DNA from: Eledone cirrhosa
Lineage: Eukaryota
DNA: 64,000 nt
Assembly (NCBI GenBank): GCA_964016885.1
Contig: OZ024760.1
Span: 31,868,001-31,932,000, forward strand
Reading direction: 5' to 3'
In this document: one piece after another, positions 24,066 through 38,300 of the stretch
How positions within the stretch are numbered: the first letter of the stretch is position 1
Layout: the number at the start of each line of letters is the position of its first letter
Notes under the pieces: model-generated
Told to the model about the DNA's origin: nothing
What the model saw: only the letters and a program-made list of their open reading frames with translations
The model's database searches: none
Made by a program: the position numbers and the translations under genes

Positions 24066-27000
24066 ACCACACTACAACACAGCTACCACACAGCTACACC
24101 ACAACAGTACCACTATACTACACCACACAGCCACTGTACCACCACACTACAACACAGCTACCACACAGCTACACCACAACAGTACCACTATACTACACCA
24201 CACAGCCACTGTACCACCACACTACAACACAGCTACCACACAGCTACACCACAACAGTACCACTATACTACACCACACAGCCACTGTACCACCACACTAC
24301 AACACAGCTACCACACAGCTACACCACAACAGTACCACTATACTACACCACACAGCCACTGTACCACCACACTACAACACAGCTACCACACAGCTACACC
24401 ACAACAGTACCACTATACTACACCACACAGCCACTGTACCACCACACTACAACACAGCTACCACACAGCTACACCACAACAGTACCACTATACTACACCA
24501 CACAGCCACTGTACCACCACACTACAACACAGCTACCACACAGCTACACCACAACAGTACCACTATACTACACCACACAGCCACTGTACCACCACACTAC
24601 AACACAGCTACCACACAGCTACACCACAACAGTACCACTATACTACACCACACAGCCACTGTACCACCACACTACAACACAGCTACCACACAGCTACACC
24701 ACAACAGTACCACTATACTACACCACACAGCCACTGTACCACCACACTACAACACAGCTACCACACAGCTACACCACAACAGTACCACTATACTATACCA
24801 CACAGCCACTGTACCACCACACTACAACACAGCTACCACACAGCTACACCACAACAGTACCACTATACTACACCACACAGCCACTGTACCACCACACTAC
24901 AACACAGCTACCACACAGCTACACCACAACAGTACCACTATACTACACCACACAGGCACTGTACCACCACACTACAACACAGCTACCACACAGCTACACC
25001 ACAACAGTACCACTATACTACACCACACAGCCACTGTACCACCACACTACAACACAGCTATCACACAGCTACACCACAACAGTACCACTATACTATACCA
25101 CACAGCCACTGTACCACCACACTACAACACAGCTACCACACAGCTACACCACAACAGTACCACTATACTACACCACACAGCCACTGTACCACCACACTAC
25201 AACACAGCTACCACACAGCTACACCACAACAGTACCACTATACTACACCACACAGGCACTGTACCACCACACTACAACACAGCTACCACACAGCTACACC
25301 ACAACAGTACCACTATACTACACCACACAGCCACTGTACCACCACACTACAACACAGCTACCACACAGCTACACCACAACAGTACCACTATACTACACCA
25401 CACAGGCACTGTACCACCACACTACAACACAGCTACCACACAGCTACACCACAACAGTACCACTATACTACACCACACAGCCACTGTACCACCACACTAC
25501 AACACAGCTATCACACAGCTACACCACAACAGTACCACTATACTATACCACACAGCCACTGTACCACACTACAACACAGCTACCACAGAGCTACACCACA
25601 ACAGTACCACTATACTACACCACACAGCCACTGTACCACCACACTACAACACAGCTACCACACAGCTACACCACAACAGTACCACTATACTACACCACAC
25701 AGGCACTGTACCACCACACTACAACACAGCTACCACACAGCTACACCACAACAGTACCACTATACTACACCACACAGCCACTGTACCACCACACTACAAC
25801 ACAGCTATCACACAGCTACACCACAACAGTACCACTATACTATACCACACAGCCACTGTACCACACTACAACACAGCTACCACACAGCTACACCACAACA
25901 GTACCACTATACTACACCACACAGCCACTGTACCACCACACTACAACACAGCTATCACACAGCTACACCACAACAGTACCACTATACTACACCACACAGC
26001 CACTGTACCACCACACTACAACACAGCTATCACACAGCTACACCACAACAGTACCACTATACTATACCACACAGCCACTGTACCACCACACTACAACACA
26101 GCTACCACACAGCTACACCACAACAGTACCACTATACTACACCACACAGCCACTGTACCACCACACTACAACACAGCTACCACACAGCTACACCACAACA
26201 GTACCACTATACTACACCACACAGCCACTGTACCACCACACTACAACACAGCTACCACACAGCTACACCACAACAGTACCACTATACTATACCACACAGC
26301 CACTGTACCACCACACTACAACACAGCTACCACACAGCTACACCACAACAGTACCACTATACTACACCACACAGCCACTGTACCACCACACTACCACACA
26401 GCTACCACACAGCTACACCACAACAGTACCACTATACTACACCACACAGGCACTGTACCACCACACTACAACACAGCTACCACACAGCTACACCACAACA
26501 GTACCACTATACTACACCACACAGCCACTGTACCACCACACTACAACACAGCTATCACACAGCTACACCACAACAGTACCACTATACTACACCACACAGC
26601 CACTGTACCACCACACTACAACACAGCTACCACACAGCTACACCACAACAGTACCACTATACTACACCACACAGGCACTGTACCACCACACTACAACACA
26701 GCTACCACACAGCTACACCACAACAGTACCACTATACTATACCACACAGCCACTGTACCACCACACTACAACACAGCTATCACACAGCTACACCACAACA
26801 GTACCACTATACTACACCACACAGCCACTGTACCACCACACTACAACACAGCTATCACACAGCTACACCACAACAGTACCACTATACTACACCACACAGC
26901 CACTGTACCACCACACTACAACACAGCTATCACACAGCTACACCACAACAGTACCACTATACTATACCACACAGCCACTGTACCACCACACTACAACACA

Positions 27001-27640
27001 GCTACCACACAGCTACACCACAACAGTACCACTATACTACACCACACAGCCACTGTACCACCACACTACAACACAGCTACCACACAGCTACACCACAACA
27101 GTACCACTATACTACACCACACAGCCACTGTACCACCACACTACAACACAGCTACCACACAGCTACACCACAACAGTACCACTATACTACACCACACAGC
27201 CACTGTACCACCACACTACAACACAGCTACCACACAGCTACACCACAACAGTACCACTATACTACACCACACAGCCACTGTACCACCACACTACAACACA
27301 GCTACCACACAGCTACACCACAACAGTACCACTATACTACACCACACAGCCACTGTACCACCACACTACAACACAGCTATCACACAGCTACACCACAACA
27401 GTACCACTATACTACACCACACAGGCACTGTACCACCACACTACAACACAGCTACCACACAGCTACACCACAACAGTACCACTATACTATACCACACAGC
27501 CACTGTACCACCACACTACAACACAGCTACCACACAGCTACACCACAACAGTACCACTATACTATACCACACAGCCACTGTACCACACTACAACACAGCT
27601 ATCACACAGCTACACCACAACAGTAGCACTATACTGCACC
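24066..27640. repeat. Highly homogeneous 60-bp minisatellite (~59 copies)
   Basis: Lines repeat exactly every 60 bp; few variant sites (CCA/TCA, GCC/GGC, CAC/TAC, 3-bp deletions). Confidence 0.98.
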
Positions 27641-28145
27641 ACACCACCACAACCACACCACAACCACCACCACAACCACTACACCACAACCACACCACAC
27701 CACCACAACCACACCACACCACCACAGCCACCACAACACCACAGCACCACAACCACCATAACAACCACACCACATCATTACACCACACCACCACAACCAC
27801 ACCACCACAAACACACCACCACAACCACCACAACCACACCACCACAACCACCACAACCACACCACAACCACCACCACAACCACCACACCACACCACCACA
27901 GCCACCACAACACCACAGCACCACAACCACCATAACAACCACACCACATCATTACACCACACCACCACAACCACACCACCACAAACACACCACCACAACC
28001 ACCACAACCACACCACCACAACCACCACAACCACACCACAACCACCACCACAACCACCACACCACAACCACCACAACACCACACCACCACACCACCACAA
28101 CCACCATAACCACCACACCACCACACCACCACAACCACTACACCA
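27641..28145. repeat. (CAC/CAA)-rich tract with an internal ~174-bp duplication
   Basis: CATCATTA and CACAAACAC landmarks recur ~174 bp apart. Confidence 0.85.
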
Positions 28146-28371
28146 TAGAAATCCTACTGGTGTCAACGTTACCTTTCCTCCTATCAGGGTTGATAAAAAA
28201 AAGTACCTTTTAAATATAACCAACTGCTCCAGTAGATTACTGGTAAAGTGCTGATCTTAGGAAGAAGGAAGAAGTTGAAAGTTCCTTATTTCATTAAACC
28301 TCTCTTAATTATTGATTATTTTAAATAATTAAAACAACAAAAGCAGAAATATTATTACAAATGAGTTAATA

Positions 28372-31300
28372 AGTCACCCATTGCTCCCCCCCCCCCCCCG
28401 TAGTTAACCAGGTCTGGGGTTGTGTGAGTTATCTTGAGCGCTACAGCTGTCACCCATTGCTCCCCTCCCTCCCCCAGTAGTTTACCAGGTCTGGGGTTGT
28501 GTGAGTTATCTTGAGTGCTACATCTGTCACCCATTGCTCCCCTCCCCCCCAGTAGTTTACCAGGTCTGGGGTTGTGTGAGTTATCTTGAGCGCTACATCT
28601 GTCACCCATTGCTCCCCTCCCTCCCCCAGTAGTTTACCAGGTCTGGGGTTGTGTGAGTTATCTTGAGTGCTACATCTGTCACCCATTGCCCCCCCCCCAA
28701 TAGTTTACCAGGTCTGGGGTTGTGTGAGTTATCTTGAGCGCTACATCTGCCACCCTTTGCTCCCCTCCCTCCCCCAGTAGTTTACCAGGTCTGGGGTTGT
28801 GTGAGTTATCTTGAGAGCTACAGCTGTCACCCATTGCTCCCCCCCCCAGTAGTTTACCAGGTCTGGGGTTGTGTGAGTTATCTTGAGTGCTACAGCTGTC
28901 ACCCATTGCTCCCCTCCCTCCCCCAGTAGTTTACCAGGTCTGGAGTTGTGTGAGTTATCTTGAGCGCTACATCTGTCACCCATTGCTCCCCCCCCCCCAG
29001 TAGTTTACCAGGTCTGGAGTTCTGTGAGTTATCTTGAGAGCTACAGCTGTCACCCATTGCTCCCCTCCCTCCCCCCGTAGTTAACCAGGTCTGGGGTTGT
29101 GTGAGTTATCTTGAGCGCTACAGCTGTCACCCATTGCTCCCCTCCCTCCCCCAGTAGTTTACCAGGTCTGGGGTTGTGTGAGTTATCTTGAGTGCTACAT
29201 CTGTCACCCATTGCTCCCCTCCCCCCAGTAGTTTACCAGGTCTGGGGTTGTGTGAGTTATCTTGAGCGCTACATCTGTCACCCATTGCTCCCCTCCCTCC
29301 CCCAGTAGTTTACCAGGTCTGGGGTTGTGTGAGTTATCTTGAGTGCTACATCTGTCACCCATTGCTCCCCTCCCCCCCAGTAGTTTACCAGGTCTGGGGT
29401 TGTGTGAGTTATCTTGAGCGCTACATCTGTCACCCATTGCTCCCCTCCCTCCCCCAGTAGTTTACCAGGTCTGGGGTTGTGTGAGTTATCTTGAGTGCTA
29501 CATCTGTCACCCATTGCCCCCCCCCCAATAGTTTACCAGGTCTGGGGTTGTGTGAGTTATCTTGAGCGCTACATCTGCCACCCTTTGCTCCCCTCCCTCC
29601 CCCAGTAGTTTACCAGGTCTGGGGTTGTGTGAGTTATCTTGAGAGCTACAGCTGTCACCCATTGCTCCCCCCCCATTAGTTTACCAGGTCTGGGGTTGTG
29701 TGAGTTATCTTGAGTGCTACAGCTGTCACCCATTGCTCCCCTCCCTCCCCCAGTAGTTTACCAGGTCTGGGGTTGTGTGAGTTATCTTGAGCGCTACATC
29801 TGTCACCCATTGCTCCCCCCCCCAGTAGTTTACCAGGTCTGGAGTTCTGTGAGTTATCTTGAGAGCTACAGCTGTCACCCATTGCTCCCCTCCCTCCCCC
29901 AGTAGTTTACCAGGTCTGGGGTTGTGTGAGTTATCTTGAGCGCTACATCTGCCACCCTTTGCTCCCCTCCCTCCCCCAGTAGTTTACCAGGTCTGGGGTT
30001 GTGTGAGTTATCTTGAGAGCTACAGCTGTCACCCATTGCTCCCCCCCCAGTAGTTTACCAGGTCTGGGGTTGTGTGAGTTATCTTGAGTGCTACAGCTGT
30101 CACCCATTGCTCCCCTCCCTCCCCCAGTAGTTTACCAGGTCTGGAGTTGTGTGAGTTATCTTGAGCGCTACATCTGTCACCCATTGCTCCCCCCCCCCAG
30201 TAGTTTACCAGGTCTGGAGTTCTGTGAGTTATCTTGAGAGCTACAGCTGTCACCCATTGCTCCCCTCCCTCCCCCCGTAGTTAACCAGGTCTGGGGTTGT
30301 GTGAGTTATCTTGAGCGCTACAGCTGTCACCCATTGCTCCCCTCCCTCCCCCAGTAGTTTACCAGGTCTGGGGTTGTGTGAGTTATCTTGAGTGCTACAT
30401 CTGTCACCCATTGCTCCCCTCCCCCCAGTAGTTTACCAGGTCTGGGGTTGTGTGAGTTATCTTGAGCGCTACATCTGTCACCCATTGCTCCCCTCCCTCC
30501 CCCAGTAGTTTACCAGGTCTGGGGTTGTGTGAGTTATCTTGAGTGCTACATCTGTCACCCATTGCTCCCCTCCCCCCCAGTAGTTTACCAGGTCTGGGGT
30601 TGTGTGAGTTATCTTGAGCGCTACATCTGTCACCCATTGCTCCCCTCCCTCCCCCAGTAGTTTACCAGGTCTGGGGTTGTGTGAGTTATCTTGAGTGCTA
30701 CATCTGTCACCCATTGCCCCCCCCCCAATAGTTTACCAGGTCTGGGGTTGTGTGAGTTATCTTGAGCGCTACATCTGCCACCCTTTGCTCCGCTCCCTCC
30801 CCCAGTAGTTTACCAGGTCTGGGGTTGTGTGAGTTATCTTGAGAGCTACAGCTGTCACCCATTGCTCCCCCCCCCCATTAGTTTACCAGGTCTGGGGTTG
30901 TGTGAGTTATCTTGAGTGCTACAGCTGTCACCCATTGCTCCCCTCCCTCCCCCAGTAGTTTACCAGGTCTGGGGTTGTGTGAGTTATCTTGAGCGCTACA
31001 TCTGTCACCCATTGCTCCCCCCCCCCCAGTAGTTTACCAGGTCTGGAGTTCTGTGAGTTATCTTGAGAGCTACAGCTGTCACCCATTGCTCCCCTCCCTC
31101 CCCCAGTAGTTTACCAGGTCTGGGGTTGTGTGAGTTATCTTGAGCGCTACATCTGCCACCCTTTGCTCCCCTCCCTCCCCCAGTAGTTTACCAGGTCTGG
31201 GGTTGTGTGAGTTATCTTGAGCGCTACATCTGCCACCCTTTGCTCCCCTCCCTCCCCCAGTAGTTTACCAGGTCTGGGGTTGTGTGAGTTATCTTGAGCG

Positions 31301-31652
31301 CTACATCTGCCACCCTTTGCTCCCCTCCCTCCCCCAGTAGTTTACCAGGTCTGGGGTTGTGGGAGTTATCTTGAGCGCTACATCTGCCACCCTTTGCTCC
31401 CCTCCCTCCCCCAATAGTTTACCAGGTCTGAGGTTGTGGGAGTTATCTTGAGCGCTACATCTGCCACCCTTTGCTCCCCTCCCTCCCCCAGTAGTTTACC
31501 AGGTCTGGGGTTGTGGGAGTTATCTTGAGCGCTACATCTGCCACCCTTTGCTCCCCTCCCTCCCCCAGTAGTTTACCAGGTCTGGGGTTGTGGGAGTTAT
31601 CTTGAGAGCTGCAGCTGTCACCCAGTGCTCCACCTCTCCCCGGTAGTTTACC
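28372..31652. repeat. ~72-77-bp minisatellite with variable poly-C tract and higher-order structure
   Basis: Unit GTCACCCATTGCTCCCC...CAGTAGTTTACCAGGTCTGGGGTTGTGTGAGTTATCTTGAG(C/T/A)GCTACA; the lines starting at 29041 and 30241 are identical over ~500 bp. Confidence 0.97.
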
Positions 31653-31786
31653 ACTGCTGGTCGGAGGTTGCTTATTCATCCAGCAGTTGCCTGCTTATAG
31701 TGCAACTAGCCATCATATCTGGTGGCCGTATTGCTTTCCACCACCTGCTACCTGTTCTCTAGCAGACCACCCCTGGGTTGAGAGAA

Positions 31787-32090
31787 TCACTCCAGGTAGA
31801 GCTACTCCAAATTGACAGATCACAGCTCCGACACTATGGGCATATGGTTAGAATGTCTCAGGAAAGATTGGCTAGACAGATTTTTAAGGGCAAATTCAAC
31901 CAGCAGGAGACCTAGGGGTAGACCCTGGGCAAATGGTTGAATAACATCCATAAACATGGCTTGTCTCACTTGAGGGTTCTAGCTGGATCAGTTGGAGACA
32001 GCTGCTTCTGACAGGACCTGCTGGAAGGAGTGTTTGAGGATTCTGGCCCCTACGACCCTCTCAGGTATAAGTGGAAGAAGAAGAAAAAGA
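31787..32090 (+). mobile_element. Old, decayed RTE-clade LINE 3' end with (GAA)n tail
   Basis: LRHYGHMVRMSQERLARQIFKG...RRPRGRP motif, frameshifted; GGAAGAAGAAGAAAAAGA tail. Confidence 0.7.
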
Positions 32091-32399
32091 GGAAGGGTTA
32101 ATATGATAAGGGCTTGAGTATGTGTGTATATGTGTGACAACTGATCAAGTATCCTCAACTTCCAACTAACTTACCCTCTGGTTGTTAGACCAGACAGGAG
32201 GGAGAATACATCACCCTGGAGGACAGAAAAGGAGATGTGCTGGAACAGCCAAAGACAGCTAGCCTACCCCTTACCCTCTGCCTGTTGGTCCTGGCTAATA
32301 GGATGGAGCATATATCAACCTAGAGTATTGAGAGGGAGGGAGACACACTGGAACAACTAAAGAAACTAACACAATGGCCAGTTCAGGGTTAATTATTTT

Positions 32400-35300
32400 G
32401 TGGTGGTGACAGTTGTGTTGTTGTTCTTGTTGGTGGTGTTGGTTGTGATAGTTGTGGTGTTGTTGTTGTTAGTGGTGATGGTTGTGATAGTTGTGGTGTT
32501 GTTGTTGTTAGTGGTGATGGTTGTGATAGTTGTGGTGTTGTTGTTGTTAGTGGTGATGGTTGTGATAGTTGTGGTGTTGTTGTTGTTAGTGGTGATGGTT
32601 GTGATAGTTGTGGTGTTGTTGTTGTTAGTGGTGATGGTTGTGATAGTTGTGGTGTTGTTGTTGTTAGTGGTGATGGTTGTGATAGTTGTGGTGTTGTTGT
32701 TGTTAGTGGTGATGGTTGTGATAGTTGTGGTGTTGTTGTTGTTAGTGGTGATGGTTGTGATAGTTGTGGTGTTGTTGTTGTTAGTGGTGATGGTTGTGAT
32801 AGTTGTGGTGTTGTTGTTGTTAGTGGTGATGGTTGTGATAGTTGTGGTGTTGTTGGTGATGATGGTTGTAATAGTTGTGGTGTTGTTGTTGTTGGTGGTG
32901 ATGGTTGTGATAGTTGTGGTGTTGTTGTTGTTGTTAGTGGTGATGGTTGTGATAGTTGTGGTGTTGTTGGTGATGATGGTTGTGATAGTTGTGGTGTTGT
33001 TGTTGGTGGTGATGGTTGTGATAGTTGTGGTGTTGTTGTTGTTGGTGATGATGGTTGTGATAGTTGTGGTGTTGTTGTTGTTAGTTGTGATAGTTGTGGT
33101 GTTGTTGGTGATGATGGTTGTGATAGTTGTGGTGTTGTTGTTGTTGGTGGTGATGGTTGTGATAGTTGTGGTGTTGTTGTTAGTGGTGATGGTTGTGATA
33201 GTTGTGGTGTTGTTGTTGGTGATGATGGTTGTGATAGTTGTGGTGTTGTTGTTGTTGGTGGTGATGGTTGTGATAGTTGTGGTGTTGTTCTTGGTGGTGA
33301 TGGTTGTGATAGTTGTGGTGTTGTTGTTGTTAGTGGTGATGGTTGTGATAGTTGTGGTGTTGTTGGTGATGATGGCTGTGATAGTTGTGGTGTTGTTGTT
33401 GTTGGTGGTGATGGTTGTGATAGTTGTGGTGTTGTTGTTGTTGGTGATGATGGTTGTGATAGTTGTGGTGTTGTTGTTGTTAGTTGTGATAGTTTAGGTG
33501 TTGTTGGTGATGATGGTTGTGATAGTTGTGGTGTTGTTGTTGTTGGTGGTGATGGTTGTGATAGTTGTGGTGTTGTTCTTGGTGGTGATGGTTGTGATAG
33601 TTGTGCGTGTTGTTGTTGGTGGTGATGGTTGTGATAGTTGTGATGTTGTTGTTGGTGGTGATGGTTGTGATAGTTGTGATGTTGTTGTTGGTGGTGATGG
33701 TTGTGATAGTTGTCATGTTCTTGTTGTTGGTGGTGATGGTTGTGATAGTTGTGATGTTGTTGTTGGTGGTGATGGTTGTGATAGTTGTGGTGTTGTTGTA
33801 GTTGGTGGTGATCATTGTGATAGTTGTGATGTTGTTGTTGGTGGTGATGGTTGTGATAGTTGTGATGTTGTTGTTGGTGGTGATGGTTGTGATAGTTGTG
33901 GTGTTGTTGTTGGTGGTGATGGTTGTGATAGTTGTGGTGTTTTTGATGTTGGTGGTGATGGTTGTGATAGTTGTGGTGTTGTTGTTGGTGTTGGTGATGG
34001 TTGTGATAGTTGTGGTGTTGTTGTTGTTGGTGGTGATGGTTGTGATAGTTGTGGTGTTGTTGGTGGTGATGGTTGTGATAGTTGTGGTGTTCTTGTTGTT
34101 GGTGGTGATGGTTGTGATAGTTGTGGTGTTTTGATGTTGGTGCTGATGGTTGTGATAGTTGTGGTGTTGTTGTTGGTGGTGATGGTTGTGATAGTTGTGG
34201 TGTTGTTGTTGTTGGTGGTGATGGTTGTGATAGTTGTGGTGTTCTTGTTGTTGGTGGTGATGGTTGTGATAGTTGTGATGTTGTTGTTGGTGGTGATGGT
34301 TGTGATAGTTGTGGTGTTGTTGTTGGTGATGATGGTTGTGATAGTTGTGGTGTTGTTGTTGGTGGTGATGGTTGTGATAGTTGTGCTGTTGTTGTTGGTG
34401 GTGATGGTTGTGATAGTTGTGGTGTTGTTGTTGGTGGTGATGGTTGTGATAGTTGTGGTGTTGTTCTTGTTGGTGGTGATGGTTGTGATAGTTGTGGTGT
34501 TGTTGTTGTTGGTGGTGATGGTTGTGATAGTTGTGATGTTCTTGTTGTTGGTGGTGATGGTTGTAATAGTTGTGGTGTTGTTGTTGGTGGTGATGGTTGT
34601 GATAGTTGTGGTGTTGTTGTTGGTGGTGATGGTTGTGATAGTTGTGGTGTTGTTGTTGGTGGTGATGGTTGTGATAGTTGTGGTGTTGTTGTTGTTAGTG
34701 GTGATGGTTGTGATAGTTGTGGTGTTGTTGTTGGTGGTGATGGTTGTGATAGTTGTGGTGTTGTTGTTGGTGGTGATGGTTGTGATAGTTGTGGTGTTGT
34801 TGTTGTTGGTGGTGATGGTTGCGATAGTTGTGATGTTGTTGGTGGTGATGGTTGTGATAGTTGTGGTGTTGTTGTTGTTGGTGGTGATGGTTGTGATAGT
34901 TGTGGTGTTGTTGTTGTTGGTGGTGATGGTTGTGATAGTTGTGGTGTTGTTGTTGGTGGTGGTGCTAGTTGTGATACTTGTGGTGTTGTTGTTGTTGGTG
35001 GTGATGGTTGTGATAGTTGTGGTGTTGTTGTTGTTGGTGGTGATGGTCGTGATAGTTGTGGTGTTGTTGTTGGTGGTGATGGTTGTGATAGTCGTGGTGT
35101 TGTTGTTGTTGGTGGTGATGGTTGTGATAGTTGTGGTGTTGTTGTTGTTGGTGGTGATGGTTGTGATACTTGTGGTGTTGTTGTTGTTGGTGATGATGGT
35201 TGTGATAGTTGTGGTGTTCTTGTTGTTGGTGGTGGTGGTGGTGATAGTTGTGGTGTTGTTGTTGGTGGTGTTGATGATAGTTGTGGTGTTGTTGTTGGTG

Positions 35301-38300
35301 TTGGTGATACTTGTGGTGTTGTTGTTGGTGTTGGTGATAGTTGTGGTGTTGTAGTTGGTATTGGTGATAGTTGTGGTGTTGTTGTTGGTGTTGGTGATAG
35401 TTGTGGTGTTGTTGTTGGTGTTGGTGATAGTTGTGGTGTTGTTGTTGGTGTTAGTGATAGCTGTGGTCTTGTTGTTGGTGTTGGTGACAGTTGTGGTGTT
35501 GTTGTTAATGTTAGTGATAGTTGTGGTGTTGTTGTTTGTGTTGGTGATAGTTGTGGTTATTGTTGTTGGTGTTGGTGATAGTTGTGGTGTTGTTATTGGT
35601 GTTAGTGGTGGTGTTGTTGTTGTTGGTGGTGATGGTTGAGATAGTTGTGGTGTTGTTGTTGTTGGTGGTGATGGTTGTGATGTTGTTGTTGGTGTTGTTG
35701 TTGATGGTGGTGATGGTTGTGATAGTTGTGGTGTTGTTGTTGTTGGTGGTGATGGTTGTGATAGTTTTAATGTTGTTGTTGTTGGTGGTGATGGCTGTGA
35801 TAGTTGTGATGTTGTTGTTGGTGGTGATGGTTGTGATAGTTGTGTTGTTGTTGATGTTGGTGGTGATGGTTGTGATAGTTGTGATGTTGTTGTTGTTGGT
35901 GGTGATGGTTGTGATAGTCGTGGTGTTGTTGTTGTTGGTGGTGATGGTTGTGATAGTTGTGGTGTTGTTGTTGTTGGTGGTGATGGTTGTGATACTTGTG
36001 GTGTTGTTGTTGTTGGTGATGATGGTTGTGATAGTTGTGGTGTTCTTGTTGTTGGTGGTGGTGGTGGTGATAGTTGTGGTGTTGTTGTTGGTGGTGTTGA
36101 TGATAGTTGTGGTGTTGTTGTTGGTGTTGGTGATACTTGTGGTGTTGTTGTTGGTGTTGGTGATAGTTGTGGTGTTGTAGTTGGTATTGGTGATAGTTGT
36201 GGTGTTGTTGTTGGTGTTGGTGATAGTTGTGGTGTTGTTGTTGGTGTTGGTGATAGTTGTGGTGTTGTTGTTGGTGTTAGTGATAGCTGTGGTCTTGTTG
36301 TTGGTGTTGGTGACAGTTGTGGTGTTGTTGTTAATGTTAGTGATAGTTGTGGTGTTGTTGTTTGTGTTGGTGATAGTTGTGGTTATTGTTGTTGGTGTTG
36401 GTGATAGTTGTGGTGTTGTTATTGGTGTTAGTGGTGGTGTTGTTGTTGTTGGTGTTGATGGTTGAGATAGTTGTGGTGTTGTTGTTGTTGGTGGTGATGG
36501 TTGTGATGTTGTTGTTGGTGTTGTTGTTGATGGTGGTGATGGTTGTGATAGTTGTGGTGTTGTTGTTGTTGGTGGTGATGGTTGTGATAGTTTTAATGTT
36601 GTTGTTGTTGGTGGTGATGGCTGTGATAGTTGTGATGTTGTTGTTGGTGGTGATGGTTGTGATAGTTGTGTTGTTGTTGATGTTGGTGGTGATGGTTGTG
36701 ATAGTTGTGATGTTGTTGTTGTTGGTGGTGATGGTTGTGATGTTGTTGTTGGTGTTGTTGTTGTTGGTGGTGATGGTTGTGATAGTTGTGGTGTTGTTGT
36801 TGTTGGTGGTGATGGTTGTGATAGTTGTGGTGTTGTTGTTGTTGGTGGTGATGGTTGTGATAGTTGTGATGTTGTTGTTGTTGGTGGTGATAGTTGTGAT
36901 GTTGTTGTTGGTGTTGTTGTTGATGGTGGTGATGGTTGTGATAGTTGTGGTGTTGTTGTTGTTGGTGGTGATGGTTGTGATAGTTTTAATGTTGTTGTTG
37001 TTGGTGGTGATGGCTGTGATAGTTGTGATGTTGTTGTTGGTGGTGATGGTTGTGATAGTTGTGATGTTGTTGTAGTTGGTGGTGATGGTTGTGATAGTTG
37101 TGTTGTTGATGTTGGTGGTGATGGTTGTGATAGTTGTGGTGTTGTTGTTGTTGTTGGTGGTGATGGTTGTGATAGTTGTGATGTTGTTGTTGTTGGTGGT
37201 GATGGTTGTGATAGTTGTGATGTTGTTGTTGGTGGTGATGGTTGTGATAGTTGTGATGTTGTTGTTGGTGGTGATGTTTGTGATAGTTGTGTTGTTGTTG
37301 ATGTTGGTGGTGATGGTTGTGATAGTTGTGATGTTGTTGTTGTTGGTGGTGATGGTTGTGATGTTGTTGTTGGTGTTGTTATTGATGGTGGTGATGGTTG
37401 TGATAGTTGTGGTGTTGTTGTTGTTGGTGGTGATGGTTGTGATAGTTTTAATGTTGTTGTTGTTGGTGGTGATGGCTGTGATAGTTGTGATGTTGTTGTT
37501 GGTGGTGATGGTTGTGATAGTTGTGTTGTTGTTGATGTTGGTGGTGATGGTTGTGATAGTTGTGATGTTGTTGTTGTTGGTGGTGATGGTTGTGATAGTC
37601 GTGGTGTTGTTGTTGTTGGTGGTGATGGTTGTGATAGTTGTGGTGTTGTTGTTGTTGGTGGTGATGGTTGTGATACTTGTGGTGTTGTTGTTGTTGGTGA
37701 TGATGGTTGTGATAGTTGTGGTGTTCTTGTTGTTGGTGGTGGTGGTGGTGATAGTTGTGGTGTTGTTGTTGGTGGTGTTGATGATAGTTGTGGTGTTGTT
37801 GTTGGTGTTGGTGATACTTGTGGTGTTGTTGTTGGTGTTGGTGATAGTTGTGGTGTTGTGGTTGGTATTGGTGATAGTTGTGGTGTTGTTGTTGGTGTTG
37901 GTGATAGTTGTGGTGTTGTTGTTGGTGTTGGTGATAGTTGTGGTGTTGTTGTTGGTGTTAGTGATAGCTGTGGTCTTGTTGTTGGTGTTGGTGACAGTTG
38001 TGGTGTTGTTGTTAATGTTAGTGATAGTTGTGGTGTTGTTGTTTGTGTTGGTGATAGTTGTGGTTATTGTTGTTGGTGTTGGTGATAGTTGTGGTGTTGT
38101 TATTGGTGTTAGTGGTGGTGTTGTTGTTGTTGGTGGTGATGGTTGAGATAGTTGTGGTGTTGTTGTTGTTGGTGGTGATGGTTGTGATGTTTTTGTTGGT
38201 GTTGTTGTTGATGGTGGTGATGGTTGTGATAGTTGTGGTGTTGTTGTTGTTGGTGGTGATGGTTGTGATAGTTTTAATGTTGTTGTTGTTGGTGGTGATG

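Noticed and set aside
24013-28254. 1400-aa Thr/His-rich mucin-like ORFs with an apparent hydrophobic N-terminus
   Set aside because: Two overlapping frames are both open because of the C/A-rich 60-bp unit, and both start at GTG rather than ATG. Expression data would be needed to rescue it.
28372-31652. CRISPR-like regular repeats (also the 40- and 47-bp arrays)
   Set aside because: No unique spacers, no cas genes, eukaryotic context.
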